A stretch of DNA of 64,000 nt from Octopus sinensis (Eukaryota), in assembly GCF_006345805.1 (NCBI RefSeq), contig NC_043000.1, positions 56,668,001 to 56,732,000 of the forward strand. The letters run 5' to 3'. The notes beneath the pieces are model-generated. The model was given only the letters and a program-made list of their open reading frames with translations, searched no databases and was not told where the DNA came from. Position 1 is the first letter of the stretch. Each line of letters begins with the position of its first letter. A program made the translations under genes and the position numbers. Shown in pieces: positions 38,681-49,255 of this stretch.

Positions 38681-38869
38681 ATGTTTTGCGCAAAGCAACT
38701 ACTACCACAATTTTTAATCTTTCCATTTTACCAATGTGCTATCGGAACACCAACACAAATTAGACTAAACAAGGAAACATTCTTCATTGAAAAGTACAAG
38801 CCCAGACTTAACCATTCCAACATACTTATACAGAGAAATTCACCCCAAAGGAAAGGCAAAAAATTTTAA
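38681..38869 (+). pseudogene. PLE GIY-YIG endonuclease C-terminal fragment
   Basis: FLIFPFYQC..TPTQIRLNKETFFIEKYKPRLN fits the RxxxExxxIxxxxPxLN terminus. Confidence 0.75.
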
Positions 38870-38984
38870 GCGATTATCTCCCTTACACCAGAAGAAATCA
38901 CTTATTACCTCCCCTTATCTAGAACTCTTTTCAACATAAACATAACGATAATTCTTCTCAACATAAACATAAACATAACGATGT

Positions 38985-39024
38985 AAGAAATTTGAAAAGC
39001 TAAACGCGAAACCGGTCATTTCTT
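38985..39024 (+). ncRNA. Minimal type I hammerhead, U3-A8 variant (right arm)
   Basis: AAGAAAT TTGAAAA GC-TAAAC-GC GAAACCGGTC ATTTCTT: 7-bp perfect stem I, G10.1-C11.1 pair, palindromic ACCGGT stem III, predicted GUC cleavage after 39017. Confidence 0.78.
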
Positions 39025-39337
39025 CTAAACTATGTCATTGTAAGGAAAAAAATTTATAATATTCTTCAGACATATTGACTCAAATATATATTTTTTAACC
39101 TTTTAAAACAAGCCTTCTGTAGTTTTTTCACTTTTTACTATTTTCTATATATTCAACCACGTGCTTTCACAAACCAACTTTCTCATCTATATATATATAT
39201 ATATATATATAAAACAAAACATGAGAAATTGTTTAGAAGATATTTAGTTACATTACCTTCGCATATTTCATAATTAGTAAGTGAATAGTATAACACATAA
39301 TCAAAATGCATTCAAGACTTCAGAGACATGTAACCTT

Positions 39338-39460
39338 TATATATAACATTACTGGATTATTGACAGAAGTAACCATCATGGTGGCTACCAAACAGATATT
39401 CACTATTCCTATGATCATTACTTCTGTCAAGAATTCAATAATCCATTTGTATTACATATA
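39338..39460. repeat. Short fold-back (MITE-like remnant)
   Basis: TGGATTATTGA..CAGAAGTAA is mirrored by TTACTTCTG..TCAATAATCCA. Confidence 0.6.
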
Positions 39461-40257
39461 AAAGCTACTTGTCATTGAAGATTTGACAACACATTTTGGT
39501 TATGTACTTGACCTTATGAAACTAATAAACTAATATGAAACTAATAATCATTATTTGTTAATGAAATCTACATAAGATAGTGTAACTGAATATCTTATAA
39601 GCAATAGTTTATGCTTTGTTTTTCTTTATTCTACATGTACACTGTGATATACCCAAACGTTGGGGTCATACCAAATGATACAAGTACAATAACACAAATG
39701 GGAATACACATTGAGTTCTAACTATTGGTTATCTGTCATGCAATTTAAGTTTTAAATTGCACTACACACAGACATACACATGTATACTTACCTATTGACC
39801 TGTCCACATACATGCATGCACGCATATATATCATATAAAGAAATTATATCCAAAGATGAAATCCAACACTAAGAAGCCATATTCACATTCACACCAGCTG
39901 GAATGCATTAAGAATGGGTGATACTAATCACTGTTTTGATTCTTGTTGTTTTTCAAACTCATAATAATTTAATATCAGCTTGATAGGTCCTATCATGCAT
40001 CAGGAAAAAGTCTCATCTGCTAATTTCTATAGACAGGAATAGTTGTTCTCATCTAGCCCGGGAGATCTGGGCAGTATCTCTCATTGAGTGGCACAACCGT
40101 ACAGATTCTGATAACCCACTGACATCAATGAAGTGAGAATGTTATTTATACATTTCATCTATATGGAGAAATTGTTTTCCAAAGATGAAAGCTATCAACA
40201 ATAAGCCATGTTCAAGTTCAAGTCTGCCTTTATATGTTAAGAATGAATACACACACA

Positions 40258-40302
<45 letters not shown>

Positions 40303-40314
40303 CAAGCACACACA

Positions 40315-40528
40315 TGAGGGGATGCTGAAAAGTTCCCGGCTTTGGGTAAGAGAAAATACAGGAGGATCAGTTAATTATGATTTTATTCAACATATTCCCC
40401 TCTCAGATTCACACACTTATTACAGTGTTCCTTCAGTTTGTCTAAAGTCCTGTAATAGAAGGTTGGGTCTCCAGCTAGGCCTTCTTCAATACCCTTAGAA
40501 CCAAGAACTTTTCAGCAATCCACTCCTG
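40315..40528. mobile_element. mariner-derived MITE (~210 bp)
   Basis: TGAGGGGATGCTGAAAAGTTC ... GAACTTTTCAGCA; homologous to 55340-55549. Confidence 0.8.
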
Positions 40529-40539
40529 TATCATCATTA

Positions 40540-40940
40540 TCATCATCATCATCATCATTTAATGTCTGTCGTCTGTGCCGGCATGGGTTGGATGGTTTAA
40601 CTAGGGCTGGTAAGCTGGAAGGCTGCACCAGACTCCAGTCTGATTTGGCATGGTTTTCTATGGCTGGATGCCATTCTTAACACCAACCGCTCTGAGAGTG
40701 TGATGGGTGCTTTTACATGCCACCAGCATAGGTGCCATTTGCATGACACCAGTATCTGCCACAAGTGCCTTTTTGCTTGTTTTGATGGGTCTTCTTCTCA
40801 AACATGACATAATGCCAAATATCTCAGCCATTGCCTTTGTGAGGTCCAACACTTGAAAGGAACTCAGCCACTTTGCCTCCCTGAGGCCCAACACTTGAAT
40901 GGAACTCAGCTACTTTGCCTCCCTGAGGCCGAACACTTGT
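40540..40940 (-). mobile_element. Family B retroposon with 43-bp internal duplication
   Basis: Family-B blocks; TGAGG.CCAACACTTGAA.GGAACTCAGC.ACTTTGCCTCCC repeated near 40840-40940. Confidence 0.75.
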
Positions 40941-40947
40941 ATGTGTT

Positions 40948-43138
40948 TCTATACTATAATGGAGAAAACCGCTTATTAATTAGGTATGTAACAATTACTA
41001 AAAGTACTAAAAGAAAGCAATATTAAAAGCTTGACCATCTGGAAATATTTTTATAAATTCATGTTCTTAGAAATTTCCTATAATTTCAATTTCTGAAATT
41101 TCTTGAATTTTTTAATTCCAAATTCTCGCAAATTTAAGTATTCATTGCATTCACTGCAGAGCAGATTTTTAATGTTTAATGATAAACAATATTAATTCGT
41201 TGAAACATTTTATGTTTTTATTTGGAATACAATCTCTCATTCTCGCTCACCTCTATTTTCATTAATTTAATAATAGCTGTATAACTTTGATATGAGGTAC
41301 AATTCCAAGAACATTATCAGTTTCTGGAGTTTGTTAAATAAATAGTTTTGATAAAATGAAAATTCTTAATATACCGGTATAATTTCATTTTTTAAATGAA
41401 GTGATTTTGCTGGTATGGCTGCTTAGAATGCTATAAGCCTTACAATAATAACTATGGGATCGCTGCTATCTCTAGCACACTAAACAAGATAGTTTTTAAC
41501 GAGCTTTCACTTATACGATTTTTTCATGTCATGTTTACACAAAATAGCTGTATAACTTCAATACGAGAACAATTTCAAGAATATTATCAGTTTCTGGAGT
41601 TCGTTAAATGAATATTTTTGATAAATGAAAATTCTTTAATATATTTTTTTTTTTAAATGAAGAAGTGATTTTGTTGGTATGGCTGCTTGGAACACTTAGA
41701 ATAATAACTACGTGATCACTGCTATTTCTAGCATGCTAAACAAGATAGTTTTTATCGAACTTTCACTTATAATATGCAACTGAAAAAGAAAATTTAGCAG
41801 CAAAGGCACAATGGCAGCTGAAGAAAGACAGGCAGCTGAATCAGATGAAACCAAGGCAAAGTGATTGAAACAAATGTCTGAATATGCATGGAAATGTAGA
41901 CATGATTCTGTTTCCACTACACATGACCAACTGGTTAGGATATCTTGTGATGAGAATATTCTACTTGAAAATAATGGTGTCAGATCACAAATTGTTGATG
42001 CAACACTAAAGAGATCTTTTCTTTGTGATCATGTGGAAGCAGTGGAGTTGACAACCAATCTAAGACTTCTTACAGAAGGTCATTCTGATGAAAGAGAGTT
42101 TGCTAATTACTTTCTTGATGTAGGAAATGGTAACATTTCTGTTGAACAAAGTCTAGGTGAATTCAAAATCAAACTACCCAATGACCTTTGCCTTGAAAGT
42201 GGTACTCTTTCAGATCTATGCGATTTTGTATATGCTGACCTCAAAACTAACTTCACAAACCCTGTGTGGCTTGCAAATAGAACTATTGTTACTCCAACAG
42301 ATGAAGCAGCACAATTTGTGAATGATTTTCTGTTGACCAGGGTCCCTGGTGAGCTAAAAATATACATAAGTTCAGATACAGTTGGGAATGAAACTCTGTA
42401 CCCAATTGAGTTCATCAACAAACTTACACCACATATTGTCAAATGGAAGAAAAAATGCTGCATAATGTTAGATGCTACTAATGGACATTGCACTTGCACA
42501 AGCTACATCACTGTCAGTTTATATGATCATGTTATTGAGGCTGTAGTTGTTTCTGGTCCTTATGCAGGATCAACTCAGCTAATTCCAAGAATATCACATG
42601 TATCTCAAGAAATGGAATTTCCATTCACATGTACATGCAAACAATTTCCTGTCAAGTTAGCTTTTGCCTTGACATGCAACAAGGCACAGGGACAGACTTT
42701 TGAAGAAACTGGAATATATCTTCCATCACAATGATGCATTATCTAGAGTTTGAAAAAAGGCTAATGTAAAAATATTGGCTGAGAGAAATGGAAACAGTAT
42801 GATTACTGACAATTGTGTCTACAAGGAGATACAACTTTAAAGCAAAATATGCTTGTTAGCAAGTTTCAGTAATTAGAATTAACACATGAATTATATGTAA
42901 AATAATGTATATTTGTGAGGAATTAAATTGTTTGGTATATTTCAACACATGCCGGAAGAATGATATCATTATATTAGATCATTTTAAATTTGAATATATT
43001 TGAAAAAGTAAGGAAACACCATTCCTATATGTTCCCACAATACCAGACTTCCATCCATCTGTCTAACTATCTATGCACATCTATGTAAGTTCTACCAATA
43101 ATTAATGATAAATATATATAACAGATTGACTCAGCTAT
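40948..43138 (+). mobile_element. Helitron, internally deleted
   Basis: 5' TCTATACTATAA start; PIF1-helicase C-terminal fragment; ~240-bp internal direct duplication (41272-41514 / 41543-41770); 3' end degenerate (CAGCTAT). Confidence 0.75.
41865..42734 (+). pseudogene. Helitron RepHel, PIF1-family helicase C-terminal fragment
   Basis: LTTNLR, FANYFLDVGNG, YPIEFINKL, LIPRIS, QFPVKLAFALTCNKAQGQT; small deletions at conserved motifs; Rep domain and Walker A absent. Confidence 0.92.
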
Positions 43139-43141
43139 ATA

Positions 43142-43959
43142 TCTACATATAAATTTCTGTGATGTCCGTTAGTTAGTTAGTTAGTTAGTCACACCCTCCA
43201 TAATAGCCATATTATAGGTTTGACTCTGTGAAATTTTTATAAATTTCTCTGTTAATATATACTGATAAAAAGGCACTTTTGAAGTATCTGTTATTATTTA
43301 CTATCACAAATTTAAATATTTGTTGCCAAGCTTTATGTTCACTACAGAGTAGGTTGTAACATTTGATAAACAATATTAATATGTTCTGGCAAAATTTTCA
43401 TTTTCATTTGAAATACAGCCTCTCACATTCTCTCTCTCTCCCACCTCTAATTGTTTTCATTAATAATAATCCACTTAATACATATTCATTGCAATTTTTT
43501 CATTTCAAGTTTTAATTTATTATTTCAGATGAGGAAATCAGGTATTTTGTTGACTTAAATTCATTGTGTAAATGCCCTCAGTTTATAGTTTATACATACC
43601 GAAAATAAATTATATTGGATAGCTTATTATAACTTACTGAAGCTTCGAACTCATGTAACTTATTTCCTTTCCGTCATTAACAAGTGAATTTGTTGCTATG
43701 GTTATTTGATATATCTCTATGTGATCGCTGTTATTTTCTCACACATTACACATAGTTGGACTACCTTGATGTTTATTTAAAAAAGAGAGATTATGACAGT
43801 GATAAAATAATGAAAGCAATGTTTACTAAGTGAGCACTATAATACAAGAAAATAATTAGACCTAAAATATCGTAAAAATTATTAGAATTGGGAATCAAAT
43901 GTGGAAGTATTATCAAGTGGCTAGCAGAAAACCACCAAAGAGGGTGGTCTTTCTGCTAG
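43142..43959 (+). mobile_element. Non-autonomous Helitron, 818 bp
   Basis: A|TC start at 43142, CTAG|T end at 43959, 16-bp terminal hairpin CTAGCAGAAAACCACC / GGTGGTCTTTCTGCTAG; internal similarity to 41170-41260. Confidence 0.8.
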
Positions 43960-45577
43960 TATATATATACACACACACACACACACAATGTTCTTTTCCT
44001 TCTTCTTTTTCTTTTTCTTCATCCTTTTCATCTTTTCACATGTTCTCTATACTATTTATAGCCACATTTTTGTTTACTTTTATTTACTTTTTTGTTTCCA
44101 CTTGATTTAAGCAAAAAAAAACTAAGTGTTGTATAGTGAAACTATACACCCCTCCCAGTAAAAAGTGGTAGTAGCCTGCCATTATAAATAGACCTGTAGC
44201 TGGTTGACAGGAAGGTCGGGAAGGTCGAGAGTACATGTAGACTGTGTTGATAGTCGTGTCTGTGCCAATATAATAATTATACTGTGATACTGAGTGAACG
44301 TTTTAACAATCAAATCATCTTTTGAGGATAACAACACTGTACGACTGCAGGTCATACAGTGCCAAATAGAAACATTCTTTCTATGACTTTGAAAGATAAC
44401 AATATCTGTCAGAGCAACAACCATTGTCAAAAACCAGATACAACAGTGGCAAAAAACTGTCTTACAACACAAAGTCTGGAAGATGCACAATGTAAGAGCA
44501 CACCTCTGATGCAAGTCTGATGAAGTGCAACTCTAATATCTAAAACTGTAAAATTACATAAATTTCCACCTTGAAACTTTGCAGAAACAGACGTTTTAAG
44601 CAGAGTTGGTGCAGAAACAATTGTAACTGATCATTAAAGATGTGTTAAAGTATTTCTTTGTCTTATTATTTGAATTATATATACATATATATATAAACCC
44701 AGACATATATATATATATACATATATATGTGTATGTGTGTATATATGTATATCACTGAACAATGACTAAGTTATTGACTCAATGATAAAAACAAGCAGTC
44801 ATATCACTGAAATCTCAATGTTACAAGATAATTCATGATTAATTCAAAACAATGCGAATAAGTATGCTTATATTCGACAGTGTAATCTGAATGCTAAAGA
44901 GTTAAACTCCAATACATTATTACAATGCAGTAAATACTGGTGGAATAAACTTGCATGTCTATACAGAACTAGTTAAATAATAGTTGAGAACAACATTTTC
45001 AGAATATAAAGTGGAAAAGCATAAATTTAACACATAATTCATAAAGTAATTGTGCCCAACAGTTGTTTCAGTAGACTAAAAACATCATAATTTCTTTTCT
45101 CTCTGTCTCCTACAGAAGAAATAGGTAACCCATCACTCATAAATCTTTTATGTATTTTAATTGTGTATTGTAATTACATAATTATATAAGTGATGATGTT
45201 TTTACTCTATTGAAACATCTGCTGAGCACAATTAAATTATGAACTATATTAGAAATTTATACTTTTCTGCTTTTTATCATATATATATATATATATATAC
45301 ACACATAATCATAATCATCATCATCATTATCATCATCATCAACACCATCATCATCATCATTTCATTAAAAGATCCACATTTCTATGCTTGCATGGGGTCA
45401 GGTAAATTCTATTGTGACAGATTTTCTAATGCTGGATCTCCTTCCTGCCACCAACATAGTCAGCCATGTTTTCACAGTATATTGGTAATGAACAATATTA
45501 CTTGTATAACAGCGACACTCTTTCACATCTACATGTCATGTGAAGACAAAGTGACACAAATACACACACAGACACAT

Positions 45578-45770
45578 CATCATCATTATTTAATGTCCAC
45601 TTTCCATGCTGGCATGGGTGCCAGTCAGATGGCACTGGCACTGTCCATGACTACAATTCCACTCAGTTCGACAGGTCTTCACAAGCACCGCATATCGCCC
45701 AATGATTGAAGGGTGCTTTCAATGAGCCAGTTACACAACAGTGACATCGGTCACAACTACAATCTCAACA
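45578..45770 (-). mobile_element. Family B retroposon, deleted
   Basis: TTTAATGTCCACTTTCCATGCTGGCATGGG..CAGGTCTTCACAAG. Confidence 0.6.
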
Positions 45771-45771
45771 C

Positions 45772-45804
<33 letters not shown>

Positions 45805-46354
45805 CTCACACACATACAATGGTCTTCTTTGAGTTTCCATGCACCCAATCCACAAGCAGAATTACAATCACAGAATTGATAAAATTTAATAAACATAATT
45901 TTAAATTTGTTATGACAAGAGATCCTGTATAAAAATACAGGGTTCTTAGCAGTCAGAGAGACAGATTAAGACACCTAATGGATGAGTTTTGGCTTTGTAG
46001 AAAGCTGTCATTGGATTTGCTTACATTTTGCTCATTGCTCATTGCTGTGAGAACATGGTGAGCACTCCTTTATACAGTGTGCAAATAAGATTGATTCAAG
46101 TTCAATGATGTTTATATTAATATATATATATATATTTTCTTTTTCATAAAGTAGTGCTTTGTCATTCACCAGGGAAGATTAAGCCAATCTAGATGATGGA
46201 TTTTACAAAATCTGAAACTAATTGATTACTTTCATCCCTGGTTGCTGAGAGCCCTGTGAGTTAATGGGTCCTATTTCTAAGAGAACTTAGAAATACATTT
46301 ATCAAACATATGATAATAACCTCTACTTATAACTTTGATGTCAATACAATGTTA

Positions 46355-46560
46355 CAGCTGACAGAATCATTAGCACACTAGGCAAAATGCTTAGCGGATA
46401 TTTCACCCCTCTTTACGTTTTGAGTTTAAATTTATCCATGGTTGACTCTACATTTCATTACATCCAGGTCAATAAAATAAATATCAGTTGAGCTCTGGGG
46501 TCGATGTAACTGACTCAACCCCTTCCGCTAAATAGTCGGCCTTGTGCCAAAATTTGAAAT
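46355..46560 (+). mobile_element. SINE family A-like variant
   Basis: AGCTGACAGAATCATTAGC head, GTGCCAAAATTTGAAA tail; similar to 60752-60965. Confidence 0.7.
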
Positions 46561-46564
46561 CATA

Positions 46565-46600
<36 letters not shown>

Positions 46601-47518
46601 TAAGTATCCAATATCATGATGTTATTTATTCGTTTCTTTTCAGCTATCTAATACTTTCCTCATTATTTTGGCCATGCCAAGAAGACAAACCTTTTGTAAC
46701 AGTTCTATTGAGCACTCAATTCCAATTTACTTTATATTCCGCTTGATGCCTTCTGATACTCTTCCCAAGGACCAAACAATAACTGGCACTATCTTCACCT
46801 TCTTCATTTTCCATAGTAGGGCTATTTCGTACTTAAGAGGGTTGTATCTATCTTTTCATCTTCCTTCTTGACTATTCGTGAATCAAAGGGGCATACAACA
46901 TCAACTATATAGCATATGTGGTGCACCTTGTCCACCACCACTATGCCCAGTCTGTTATGCTCTAGTACCTAATCTGTTTGGATTGGGAAATCCCAGAGGA
47001 TTTTGCAATTCTCTGACTGCCACTCTCTGCAGTTTGTGCTCATACCATGTCTTGCCTCTCTCTAGCCCCCACTTTTTGCACAGTTTCCAAAGTAGCACTT
47101 TCGCTACCTGGTCATGTCGCCACAACTTGTGGTTTTGGGCAAGTCTAGGGCATTCATTCATATGGGCAATGGTTTCATCCACTCAATTGCAGATGCAGCA
47201 CAGCAGAGACACTTGCTCATTCAAAATGTTGACCCTCCAGTTCATGGCCAAAGCTTGGTCCTGCACTGCCAGTATAGTACTTTCGGTTTCTTTTCTTAAG
47301 ATTCCTTTCATCAGCCAATCCCACCTATTTTTCCCAGCAACTTGTGTTGTGGCTACATGGAATTGATTGTGTAGTCCCTTCTTGTGTAATTCTTCTTCAT
47401 ATCCTTTTTATACTTCTTCCTTTGTTTTCCCTTTTTTAATCTGCTCTCAATACTCCCTCATTCCTAACTGTCACTAACAAGGTTTCCTTACTTTGGGCTA
47501 GGTATCTTGTTAAGCTCT
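46601..47518 (-). mobile_element. R4/Dong-clade non-LTR retrotransposon 3' fragment
   Basis: Minus translation: LRKETESTILAVQDQAL, CCHC knuckle (C.IC..DETIAH..ECPRLAQ), WRHDQVAK, KILWDFPIQTD, HNRLGIVVVD, DVVCPFD (RLE domain); (TAA)n on both flanks. Confidence 0.85.
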
Positions 47519-47543
47519 TGATTATTATTATCATTATTATTAT

Positions 47544-47577
<34 letters not shown>

Positions 47578-47697
47578 ATAATATTAGGGAGTATAACTCC
47601 AAACTTTCAGGGAAAAATTCAATTTAGTATTAAATCAAATTTCACAATATATATATACATATATATATATATATATGCTGTGAAAAACGTTATATAT

Positions 47698-47951
47698 TTA
47701 TTTGCAAGGGGACTCCTTCATCGAAGACTGGTGCTTACCATGCGTTGATGAGAGGCAATTACCTTGAAACTATAGTCCGTATGTAGTACTCGGGTCTTCG
47801 AGGGAGGATGACCTCCCTTTGCAAATAACACAAGGGCACTGAGATAGTGTCTAAAGTCCTTCTGGTGACGTTGATCGCCTGGGGCTAAAAGCATCAGTAA
47901 CACCCCACCCACCCCCAGTGGCTAGCCACATTCAGATGGCTAATACACCTT
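47698..47951 (+). mobile_element. Retrozyme-like structured unit with hammerhead
   Basis: GC-richer island bounded by the direct repeat ACGTTATATAT (47687-47697, 47952-47962); HHR at the tip of a long hairpin; additional hairpins in the 3' half; no ORF similarity recognised. Confidence 0.7.
47739..47783 (+). ncRNA. Type I hammerhead ribozyme motif (C3U)
   Basis: CATGCG TTGATGA GAGG-CAATTA-CCTT GAA ACTATAGT C CGTATG; stem I CATGCG/CGTATG, palindromic stem III, predicted GUC cleavage after 47777. Confidence 0.85.
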
Positions 47952-47954
47952 ACG

Positions 47955-48004
<50 letters not shown>

Positions 48005-48029
48005 GGAAAGCGAAATCGAAATCAAATTG

Positions 48030-48305
48030 AACCAGCCAGGATCCCTGGTCTGGTGGTACGTAAAAAGCACTATCCAACTCGTGGCCGATGCCAGCGCCGC
48101 CTGGCACCTGTGCAGGTGGCACGTAAAAAGCACCCACTACACTCACAGAGTGGTTGGCATTAGGAAGGGCATCAAGCTGTAGAAACATTGCCAGATAAGA
48201 CTGGAGCCTGGTGCAGCCTTCTGGCTTCCCAGATCCCCGGTCGAACCGTCCAACCCATGCTAGCATGGAGAACAGACGTTAAACGATGATGATGATGATG
48301 ATGAT
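48030..48305 (+). mobile_element. Family B retroposon
   Basis: Ends CCAACCCATGCTAGCATGG..GTTAAACGATGATGAT. Confidence 0.85.
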
Positions 48306-49195
48306 ATATATATAAGTTAGAGGAAAACCACTATTATGCAATTCAAACAATGATAGACATAATTATTATTATTTATTATTATGTACTTTTTGCGATCGAG
48401 ATATATGTTTTATCATATATTTTATTTTTCCTATATGATATGTGCATACACAGACATTTGTATTTCTTTGAATATATATTTGCATGTGAATGATGAAAAT
48501 ATGTGTGTATGTGTATGTGTATATGCACATTTGCCAACATAGTGACATGTATGCATGTATGTGTGTGCATATGTTCGCACTTACATGTGTATATTCATGC
48601 ACACATCTCTCTCTTGCTCTCTCCCCTCCTCTCTCTCCCCCTCCTCTCTCTCTCTCTCTCTCTCCAGGATGTACATTCTCACTCCTTCGTTATGGGGTGA
48701 GGAATCCTTACTTGAACCCTCATCTCAAAGATATTTTTCATGGTCAGGAAGTAAACAATGACTGACATCAAGAAATGGCTTTGCACAACAGCAGAATAAC
48801 TAAATATGTTCTCAAAAAAAAAAAAGCTTCTCCGAAAAGTCAGTGAGTGGCTTTCTAAAAGTTGTCAAGCCAAGTTTCAAAGTGCACAATCACCATTTTC
48901 TCATCAGAGATAGAGATGTCACAAGAGAAATACTCCATTATCATCATTGCCATCATCATCATTATTATTATTATTATTATCATTATTATCATCATTCTTC
49001 TTCTTCTTGTTAATGTTGTTGTTGTCGATGATGTTGTTCTTTATCTTTTCTTTATTCTTGTCATCTTCATCATCATCAACATCATTATAGTTGTTATTCT
49101 TTTTTCTTAACTTATCTGCTACATCCACATCTTTCATTTTTCCTTCATCTTCTTCTTCTTGTCAGTTTCTTTTAGTTTTTTTAAACATTTTCTCA

Positions 49196-49255
<60 letters not shown>

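Larger units (their letters stand above)
38512..39146 (+). mobile_element. Young Penelope-like insertion: inverted ~175-bp arms around a GIY-YIG C-terminal fragment
   Basis: Arms 38512-38686 and 38971-39146 differ by about 1 substitution and 1 indel by eye; internal ORF fragment. Confidence 0.88.

Noticed and set aside
39792-39799. 8-nt minus-strand microexon before GTAAGT
   Set aside because: Not a multiple of 3 and no polypyrimidine tract upstream.
41865-42734. Host PIF1 helicase gene
   Set aside because: It lacks Walker A and N-terminal motifs, has deletions, and sits within Helitron-like termini.
44182-44520. 110-aa minus ORF or + strand terminal exon
   Set aside because: No recognisable motif and a weak acceptor; a decayed coding origin cannot be shown.
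44505-44560. Hammerhead at CTGATGA 44517
   Set aside because: No GAAA after a stem II and no stem I partner.
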